64,000 nucleotides of DNA, taken from NCBI GenBank assembly GCA_964463705.1, contig CAYXCH010000011.1, positions 3,473-67,472 of the forward strand, read 5' to 3'. Below, piece by piece: positions 57,402 to 64,000 of the stretch; position 1 is the first letter of the stretch, and every line of letters starts with the position of its first letter. Below the pieces are notes generated by a model. The model ran no database searches. It saw nothing but the letters and a program-made list of their open reading frames with translations, and was not told the DNA's origin. Both the position numbers and the translations under genes were made by a program. This stretch comes from an uncultured Pseudobdellovibrionaceae bacterium (GTDB taxonomy: Bacteria; Patescibacteriota; Minisyncoccia; Moranbacterales; GCA-2747515).

Positions 57402-59282
57402 ATGCTCATGGATAATCATGATCGTCATCAAGCACTAAATTCGCTGATTGCGACGTGGATTTTAGAATCCACTACCCGCGCCGGAAGCGGTCATCCCACC
57501 TCATCGCTGAGTGCGCTGCACCTGATGAGTGCGTTGTTTTTTGCACGGACGGCATCGGGGGAGCCGTTATTTCGTTATGATATTAACAATCCGGAGTATT
57601 TGCATAATGATCGGTTGATTTTTTCCAAAGGACATGCCGCCCCGTTATACTATGCGCTGTTTGCCGCCGCCGGTGCGATTTCCGAGGAGGAGTTGATGAC
57701 GTTGCGGACAATGGATAGTAACTTGGAAGGACATCCGACACGCCGATTTCCCTTTACGGAAGTGCCGACCGGATCGTTGGGACAAGGGCTGAGTGCGGCG
57801 GTTGGTGAGGCGCTGGCGTTGCGGGCGCAACACAGTACCGGGCGCGTGTTTGTATTGTTGGGAGACAGTGAGATGGCGGAGGGGCAAATTTACGAAGCGA
57901 TGCAACTGGCGGCATATGATGCGGTAGATCATCTTATCGCGATTGTTGATGTGAATCGGTTGGGGCAGCGTGGCGAGACAATGGTGGGGCGAAATAGTGA
58001 CGTATACATACGGCGGGCGGAAGCGTTCGGGTGGCGTGCGATTGCGGTAGAGAACGGACACGATATGAATGCCATTATCGCGGCGTATACGGCGGCGATG
58101 CGGGAAAATGAAGGTCCGGTTATGATTGTGGCACAGACTCGAAAGGGATATGGACTTCCGTTTGCGGAGGATCAGAACGGTTGGCATGGACGAGCGTTGA
58201 CGGAGGAAGAATTACGTATCGCATTGGAGGCAATTGGTCCGGTGGATCGTACGGTGCGAGGAGAGCTCGCCGTACCATCTATTACACTATCCGACGATGA
58301 TAATACAAGGAAATCTCGTCCCATCGTTCAGGAATCTTCGTTAAATAGTAACTACAGTGGGGCGGTTGCTCCGCGAGTAGCTTATGGAGAAGCGTTGGCA
58401 TCGCTATGCATAGACGATGCAGCAGTTGTGGCATTGGATGCGGAAACCGGCAATTCCACCAAAGCGGCGGCGGTGCTGAAACATACACCGGAGCAGTTTT
58501 ATGAAATGTTTATCGCCGAGCAAAATATGGTAAGTGTGGCGGTGGGAATGGCGCGCCGGGGGTTGCGCCCGTTTGTGTCCACGTTTGCGGCGTTTTTGAC
58601 TCGGGCGGCGGATCAGATTCGCATGGCACAGTATGCGGAAGTGGATATAACGTTTACGGGATCACACCCGGGGGTTTCCATTGGCGCAGATGGGAGCAGT
58701 CAAATGGGGCTGGAAGATCTTGCGCTGTTCGGTGCATTGCGGGAAAGTGTCATTCTATATCCGTCTGACGCGGTAAGTGCGGCAGCCTGTGTTCATACGG
58801 CGCGGACGGTCTCCGGTCTTTCCTATGTACGCATGACACGAGAGGCGCTCCCCATACTCTATGACAATACGGCAGCGTTTCCGGTTGGTGGCTCTCATGT
58901 TCTTCGGCAGTCTTCAGATGATGCGGTAACGGTGTGCGCGGCGGGCGTAACGGTATGGGAGGCGTTGGCGGCGGCGGACACGTTGGCGCAAAACGGTATT
59001 GCCGTTCGTGTAATTGACTGTTACAGTATTCGTCCGTTGGATACAAAAACAATACGGACGGCGGCGGCGGAGACACAGCACCTTGTGGTGGTGGAGGATC
59101 ATTATGAGCACGGTGGTCTCGGTGATCAGATTCGGCGCGCCGTTTGCGGAATGGCGGTGTCGGTAACACATCACTGCGTACGAATAGCGCCGCACAGCGG
59201 AACGCCGCAGGAACTGCGATCGGCGGCGGAAATTGATGCGGCAGCGATTGTTCGGTCCGTTCATGCTATACTGAATGTGTAA
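57402..59282 (+). CDS. tkt: Transketolase (single-chain)
   Basis: The product has the N-terminal TPP-binding motif ...TRAGSGHPTSSLSALHLM... and the GDSEMAEG (GDGxxxEG) motif. It also carries Pyr and C-terminal domains and is 626 aa long. Confidence 0.85.
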   Translation: MLMDNHDRHQALNSLIATWILESTTRAGSGHPTSSLSALHLMSALFFARTASGEPLFRYDINNPEYLHNDRLIFSKGHAAPLYYALFAAAGAISEEELMTLRTMDSNLEGHPTRRFPFTEVPTGSLGQGLSAAVGEALALRAQHSTGRVFVLLGDSEMAEGQIYEAMQLAAYDAVDHLIAIVDVNRLGQRGETMVGRNSDVYIRRAEAFGWRAIAVENGHDMNAIIAAYTAAMRENEGPVMIVAQTRKGYGLPFAEDQNGWHGRALTEEELRIALEAIGPVDRTVRGELAVPSITLSDDDNTRKSRPIVQESSLNSNYSGAVAPRVAYGEALASLCIDDAAVVALDAETGNSTKAAAVLKHTPEQFYEMFIAEQNMVSVAVGMARRGLRPFVSTFAAFLTRAADQIRMAQYAEVDITFTGSHPGVSIGADGSSQMGLEDLALFGALRESVILYPSDAVSAAACVHTARTVSGLSYVRMTREALPILYDNTAAFPVGGSHVLRQSSDDAVTVCAAGVTVWEALAAADTLAQNGIAVRVIDCYSIRPLDTKTIRTAAAETQHLVVVEDHYEHGGLGDQIRRAVCGMAVSVTHHCVRIAPHSGTPQELRSAAEIDAAAIVRSVHAILNV

Positions 59283-60080
59283 TTGTATAAAAACAGAACT
59301 ATGAATGCGGCATATCGGGATGAAGGAAGTATTACGATTCGCATTAACGATCAGGAACGAATGATCCCGTTCTCTCGTCAGCGAGAGATTTTGCTCAATG
59401 CGCAAGATCATGGAGAAGCGGCGTGGCATGTTCAAAAAATTACGGCGGAGTTTGTCAAGGGATATGATTTTCTGCAACGGTTCTCTCGCAGCGTGACATT
59501 TTTTGGCAGTGCGCGGCGGGGATTTCCCGATTCGGTATATCAAGAGGCGGAGCAGTTGGCGGGATTTTGCGCCAAAATGGGCTTTGCGGTATTTACCGGC
59601 GGTGGTCCAGGCATTATGGAGGCGGCAAATAAGGGAGCGAAAGAAGCGGGTGGTGTTTCCATCGGTATCAACATCAACCTTCCGAAGCAGGGCAACCATC
59701 TTACCGAACGACGAAATCCATATATTGATGAAGCGGAGAGTTTTGATTTCTTCTTTTCCCGCAAAGTGATTCTATCGTTCGCGTCGCAATTTTACATTTT
59801 CTTTCCCGGAGGATTCGGAACGATGGATGAGTTGTTTGAAATGTTAACACTTGTTCAGACAAAGAAGACCTCGCCGGTGCCGATTATCTTGGTGGGACGG
59901 GAATTCTGGGCGCCATTGGTGGACTTTATCACCAATACGATTTATCGGTATGGAAATGCAATCAGTGAAGATGATTTACAATTATTCCACGTAGCGGACG
60001 ATGCCGAGGGGGCGATGCGATTTATTACCGACTGTCTGGCACACGGAGAACATACCACTCATGACCATCCAACTGCGTAA
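59283..60080 (+). CDS. LOG-family nucleotide phosphoribohydrolase (TIGR00730)
   Basis: VFTGGGPGIMEAANKGAKEAGGVSIGINI and FPGGFGTMDELFE are the LOG signature motifs. The gene starts immediately after the tkt stop. Confidence 0.82.
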   Translation: MYKNRTMNAAYRDEGSITIRINDQERMIPFSRQREILLNAQDHGEAAWHVQKITAEFVKGYDFLQRFSRSVTFFGSARRGFPDSVYQEAEQLAGFCAKMGFAVFTGGGPGIMEAANKGAKEAGGVSIGININLPKQGNHLTERRNPYIDEAESFDFFFSRKVILSFASQFYIFFPGGFGTMDELFEMLTLVQTKKTSPVPIILVGREFWAPLVDFITNTIYRYGNAISEDDLQLFHVADDAEGAMRFITDCLAHGEHTTHDHPTA

Positions 60081-60891
60081 ATCCACCGGTGATACACAAG
60101 CGTTTTCACCGGCGAAGTTGCAACGCTCTCTGCGTCGGGCGGGGGCGACAGCGGAGCAGGCACGTGCCATTGTTCAACAGTTGCCATTGCATGAAATGCG
60201 CAGTACCGCTGACATTCATGCCTATGCTCTTGCGCAGCTGAAAAAGATGCACCCACACCTCGCGGCACGATATAATCTCAAAGCGGCACTGTTGCAATTG
60301 GGTCCGACGGGATATCCGTTTGAAAAATTTGTAGCGGAAGTATTTCGCTCTCTCGGGTATACGGTGCGGACGGGCGTTGTGTTGCCGGGGCGATGTGTGC
60401 GACATGAGGTAGATGTACTGGCGCAAAATGACGAACGTGTGGTATTTATGGAGTGTAAATTTCATGCCCGCCGTTCCTCTCGTTCCAATATTAAGGTGGC
60501 ATTGTATATTAAAGCGCGATTTGATGATCTTGCGCATACGCTCAGTTCACGGGCGAGCGGACGCAAGGTGCAGGGGATTATCGTAACCAATACGGCGTTT
60601 AGTCATGATGCGTGGCGGTATACACGGTGTGTATCGGGGTTGGGGTTGATTCAGTGGCGCCGTCCGCGCGGGTTTTCTTTGGCGGAGCTTATTGAGCGCG
60701 CCGGTGTACATCCGGTGACTGCTCTTACGACGTTGTCACATAAACAGAAAATACACCTTGTGCGTACCGGTGTGGTATTATGTCGCGACGTAACACCAAC
60801 GTCATTACGGTCATTGCATTTATCCGAGCGAAAACGTGCGCGTGTCTTGCGGGAGGCGGCGGCGATTGTGGGACAACTCGCGAACCCTTGA
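60061..60891 (+). CDS. ATP-cone domain fused to an Mrr-like (PD-(D/E)xK) restriction-endonuclease-fold domain
   Basis: The N-terminal MTIQLRKSTGDTQAFSPAKLQRSLRRAGATAEQA matches the ATP-cone start. FEKFVAEVFRSLGYTV...HEVDVLA...VFMECK is the Mrr_cat catalytic core. The gene overlaps the LOG 3' end by 20 nt. Confidence 0.6.
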   Translation: MTIQLRKSTGDTQAFSPAKLQRSLRRAGATAEQARAIVQQLPLHEMRSTADIHAYALAQLKKMHPHLAARYNLKAALLQLGPTGYPFEKFVAEVFRSLGYTVRTGVVLPGRCVRHEVDVLAQNDERVVFMECKFHARRSSRSNIKVALYIKARFDDLAHTLSSRASGRKVQGIIVTNTAFSHDAWRYTRCVSGLGLIQWRRPRGFSLAELIERAGVHPVTALTTLSHKQKIHLVRTGVVLCRDVTPTSLRSLHLSERKRARVLREAAAIVGQLANP

Positions 60892-60932
60892 CGTTCAGTG
60901 TTTTTTGCGCGACAATAACGAGAATTGACTAG

Positions 60933-63761
60933 TTGTTGCGTATGCGAGTACTGGGTGTGTGTGTTGTATCGGGGGCGCTATGGTTATCGGCGGCGGTGGC
61001 GCACGCCGCTTTTGTGGATGCGGAGCTCAGTGCCGGAAATGCGATCGCCGCCGGAACGACGGACATTGTGTTGCAACAACAGACGGTGATTACGCAGAAC
61101 GCATTGGAGCCGGGGCAGCATGCACAAGGTTCCGTTCGTGTTGTAAATCAAGGATCGGTAAGAACTCGCTATCATGTGCGAGTGGTGGCGAACGGAGATC
61201 AATGTAGCGCATTAACATTGCGTATTGAGCAAGGAAGCACGGTATTATATGATGGAGCGCTAACAAACGGTGCGCTTTCGGCGGCGGATGCCATCACCGG
61301 TGGTAATAGCGATACGCTGACGTATACGGCAACCGCCACCGCTCCCGCATATGGTTCGGCATGTGTGTTTGCATTGCGCATTGAAGCATCACCGCAGACG
61401 CCGGGAGTACAGCAAGGATTTTATGATATAGAGCAGACGGCCGATAGTAGTGTGGCAACATACGATCCCACTCCTCCATCACCACCAACGCCAACGGGAT
61501 GGACAACAGATACATCAACAACGATTTCCTGTAACGGAACGACGGTAACGGACGGATGGACACGTGATGCATCGGCACAGTTTTCTTGGACGGCGGTAGC
61601 GACATCCACCGCCTATGTCTATACTGTTACCGCACCGGACGGAACGGTAACATCAGCACAGACAACGGATACGGTTACGCCAGGAATAGCACTCTCTGAT
61701 GGAGATTGGACATTTCGTGTACGAGCGGTGCGTGGTGCGCTGGTAGGCAGTGATTCTTCACCGTGCGTGTTGCATGTAGATCGTACCCCGCCCACACCGA
61801 CATCACCGGTGGTAATCAATACGACCATTCCACCCACTACACCACTTGCACGCAACTACGTTACGATGGACTTTACCACCAGTGAGGAGGCGTTTGTGGA
61901 GGTGTACTATGATACGGCGCCGGGAAACGTTTTTGACTATACAACGTATGCCCATCGGTACCCGCCCGCCGGAACATCGCCCACCTATGTAACGCAACAG
62001 AAGGTGGCGTTGCCGTTCCCGGAGCCGGGGGATTACCGATTTATTTTGCGAATGATCGATCGAGCGGGAAATGTGTTTACCACACCAACATTAACATTTA
62101 ATGTGGCAAGCGTATTGGTGCCGTTGGATGTCATTTCATTAAATGAAATTATGCCCAATCCCGTTGGGTCGGATGATGCTCCCATGCCGCAGGGTGAGTG
62201 GGTGGAGTTGTTTAACCGCGGAACGGTACCGGTAGATCTTAACGGGTGGTATATCACCGATGCAACCGGACGACGGTGGACGATTCGCGCGTCCAACAGT
62301 GATGCTGATGGTGATCCATCCGATGGTGGGGAAACAATCATCGCTCCGGGCGGATATTTGGTGGTATATCGCAACGGAACAAATATGACGTTAAATAACA
62401 CTACCGGTGATGAGGTGACGTTATTTAATGCATCAGGAGTAAAGATTGATAGTCATTTATATAACGTCTCCGCACATCCGGAAGGAAAGAGTGTGGCGCG
62501 ATTTCCGGACGGTACCGGCATTTGGATTGATCCGGATCCGACGCCGGGGGGAGACAATACATTGGGAGAAAAAGAAACGGCAGTACTTCGTCAGGCAACG
62601 TTTGTGCAGTGTTTTAAAGAATCTGCCACATTGGTGGAACAGACTCGCGGCACGTTGTGTGACCCGGCGTTTTTGCACTACATCGGAATGATTGATCGGA
62701 CGAATTCACGAACATTGGCACGAATGGAGTTGCTGGAGGATGCGACGGAGCAGGATGAATCATCAGAACACGGTGAACAAGGATCGGCGTCACCGGACTC
62801 TGATAAAGAGGCAACGGAAACACGGACCGACACCGTATCTTCTACCGATGTGACAGATGAAATGGACAAAGAAACGACAGAGCCAAATCAGACAGATTCC
62901 GATGCTGAACTGGGTCAACATGGAGACGGAAAGCCGGAGGAAACGGTGATGATTGCCGACAATGAAGAAGGGGAGGCGGAGCCCAATCCCGATGATCATC
63001 CTCGCCCTCTATCATCTACGATGGATACTACGGACGATGCAGAAGCGATATCTAAACCGACAGCTCCGGAAACAGATTTCGATGCCGGCACGTCCAAGTT
63101 AATAGATGGAACACAAGAATCATCGGAGCAGTTGGCAGCGGAAGAAAAACCAGAGAATACTACCGGTTCAACATTAGATGTACAATCATCTTCCGAGGCA
63201 CTGTCTTCAAAGCCGTCCACAGATACACTATCATCGGTAACACCGGAAACATCGCAATCAGATGAACAATCACTGGTGGAGGACGCGGCGGCTTCCGCAT
63301 CTCAGCAGCCCGCTACATCTGCGCCGAGTACACCGGATGCATCACCAACGCCGAAGCAGGAAACGCCGGAAGAGTATAAAAATACACCGGCAATACGAGA
63401 AGATGCGCCGGAGGATGTGGTAGACGATACAGTAGAACCATCACATGACACAATGAACACAGATGAGTCGGAAAAATCTGCAACAAAAGATACGTCCGAA
63501 ACGGATACAGAAAAGAAGAAAACAAGTAAGACGTCATCAAAACAATCCGATGTTTCAAAGGATGTGAAAAAGAGCGACGCAAACAAGAAAAGCGATAAAA
63601 ACAAGAAAAGCGGTGCAAAAGAAAATGACAAGGAGGATACAAAGAAGGAGAACGTAGAAAAACACGATAAAAAAGAAAAATCGGAATCTGATAAGAAAGG
63701 GGAAAAGAAATCTGAATCATCCGAACAAGAGTCGTCAACAACAGAGGTGACATCGTCATAG
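60933..63761 (+). CDS. Large secreted surface protein with a signal peptide, beta-rich N-terminal domains, a Lamin-tail domain and a C-terminal acidic/Ser/Thr/Lys-rich low-complexity tail of about 380 aa
   Basis: The signal peptide is VLGVCVVSGALWLSAAVAHA. The LTD reads LNEIMPNPVGSDDAPMPQGEWVELFNRGTVPVDLNGWYITD. The tail (from about residue 560) is dominated by D/E/S/T/K. Confidence 0.55.
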   Translation: MLRMRVLGVCVVSGALWLSAAVAHAAFVDAELSAGNAIAAGTTDIVLQQQTVITQNALEPGQHAQGSVRVVNQGSVRTRYHVRVVANGDQCSALTLRIEQGSTVLYDGALTNGALSAADAITGGNSDTLTYTATATAPAYGSACVFALRIEASPQTPGVQQGFYDIEQTADSSVATYDPTPPSPPTPTGWTTDTSTTISCNGTTVTDGWTRDASAQFSWTAVATSTAYVYTVTAPDGTVTSAQTTDTVTPGIALSDGDWTFRVRAVRGALVGSDSSPCVLHVDRTPPTPTSPVVINTTIPPTTPLARNYVTMDFTTSEEAFVEVYYDTAPGNVFDYTTYAHRYPPAGTSPTYVTQQKVALPFPEPGDYRFILRMIDRAGNVFTTPTLTFNVASVLVPLDVISLNEIMPNPVGSDDAPMPQGEWVELFNRGTVPVDLNGWYITDATGRRWTIRASNSDADGDPSDGGETIIAPGGYLVVYRNGTNMTLNNTTGDEVTLFNASGVKIDSHLYNVSAHPEGKSVARFPDGTGIWIDPDPTPGGDNTLGEKETAVLRQATFVQCFKESATLVEQTRGTLCDPAFLHYIGMIDRTNSRTLARMELLEDATEQDESSEHGEQGSASPDSDKEATETRTDTVSSTDVTDEMDKETTEPNQTDSDAELGQHGDGKPEETVMIADNEEGEAEPNPDDHPRPLSSTMDTTDDAEAISKPTAPETDFDAGTSKLIDGTQESSEQLAAEEKPENTTGSTLDVQSSSEALSSKPSTDTLSSVTPETSQSDEQSLVEDAAASASQQPATSAPSTPDASPTPKQETPEEYKNTPAIREDAPEDVVDDTVEPSHDTMNTDESEKSATKDTSETDTEKKKTSKTSSKQSDVSKDVKKSDANKKSDKNKKSGAKENDKEDTKKENVEKHDKKEKSESDKKGEKKSESSEQESSTTEVTSS

Positions 63762-63780
63762 TCCGTGGTATACTGGTTGT

Positions 63781-63888
63781 ATGACGCAAGAGCAGGTAAC
63801 ATATTTGGCAATTGCATTGGCGATTATATTTTTTGGTGGATTGATCATTAGCGGAGCAATGACAATCTATCAAGCAATCGTCCGCTAA
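63781..63888 (+). CDS. Small hydrophobic protein of 35 aa (possible)
   Basis: MTQEQVTYLAIALAIIFFGGLIISGAMTIYQAIVR has a single predicted TM segment. TATACT at 63768-63773 lies just upstream. It is too short for the ORF track. Confidence 0.2.
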   Translation: MTQEQVTYLAIALAIIFFGGLIISGAMTIYQAIVR

Positions 63889-63957
63889 TTATACGGATAG
63901 TGCGGTTGCTTATCTTGTCGTGACGCGGTATACTATAAGCAGGGGAAGTGTGTTTTT

Positions 63958-64000
63958 ATGACGGAAACTTGGCAGCGCGCAGGTCTGTGGATTGGCGGCA
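63958..64000 (+). CDS. 5' end of a gene that continues beyond the window
   Basis: TATACT (about 63909) and the RBS AGGGGAAG precede the ATG at 63958 (MTETWQRAGLWIGG...). The frame is open to the window end. Confidence 0.25.
   Translation, partial: MTETWQRAGLWIGG

Noticed and set aside
1-64000. CRISPR arrays, integrases, transposases, phage structural genes, rRNA genes
   Set aside because: I looked for direct-repeat/spacer periodicity, tyrosine or serine recombinase and DDE motifs, and rRNA-like sequence. None were found. Apart from the low-GC islands, the window looks like stable chromosome.
1-64000. Alternative genetic code (for example UGA recoding as in some candidate phyla)
   Set aside because: All conserved housekeeping genes (dnaK, atpA/B, pyk, tkt, rnj and others) are full-length with no in-frame TGA or TAG. 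The standard code is assumed.

Overview
This 64 kb window reads as a contiguous chromosomal segment of a bacterium with about 50-55% GC and the standard genetic code. Genes are intact with ATG/GTG/TTG starts, and there is no sign of stop-codon reassignment. The taxon cannot be identified from sequence alone. A complete A/V-type ATPase operon and many surface, glycosylation and Ser/Thr-rich proteins would fit an uncultivated or unusual lineage.

Most of the window is housekeeping. In order it contains:
- A class IV aminotransferase (partial) next to murI and yidD, then a CIRCE-controlled hrcA / NUDIX-GrpE fusion / dnaK heat-shock unit with no dnaJ.
- secE-nusG-rplK-rplA, followed by a T4-like dNMP kinase where rplJ/rplL would be expected, then map, prmC, holB, ftsQ-like, secG and an OppA-like binding protein.
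- tRNA-Leu, rnj, trpS, pgi, then a phosphoglucomutase/phosphomannomutase family gene (pgm-like), ychF, a SET-domain protein, trmB, pyk and murD.
- tRNA-Ala and tRNA-Ile, then a nine-gene A/V-type ATPase operon in the Thermus order G-I-K-E-C-F-A-B-D.
- Transketolase, a LOG-family protein, and an ATP-cone/Mrr-like nuclease.

Interleaved are accessory-looking blocks:
- A glycosylation and surface cluster: three GT4 glycosyltransferases, a GT-C-like polytopic membrane protein, and two paralogous surface proteins with glycoside-hydrolase-like motifs that share a near-identical 73-bp patch.
- A lower-GC island at about 32.3-38.6 kb (pgi, two orphans, an RHH-nucleotidyltransferase fusion, manC-like, UDP-GlcNAc 2-epimerase-like).
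- Several orphan hypothetical genes in lower-GC DNA.

The candidates I rate highest as novel are:
- The NUDIX-GrpE fusion.
- The dNMP-kinase plus unknown-partner pair in the ribosomal protein cluster.
- The tightly coupled transketolase - LOG - ATP-cone/Mrr unit.
- The RHH-nucleotidyltransferase fusion.
- A degenerate PP2C-like transmembrane protein.
- A strongly expressed small ORF embedded in two perfect long hairpins plus a terminator downstream of ychF.
- Duplicated leader motifs upstream of rplK and rplA.

No CRISPR array, integrase, transposase or rRNA gene was seen.
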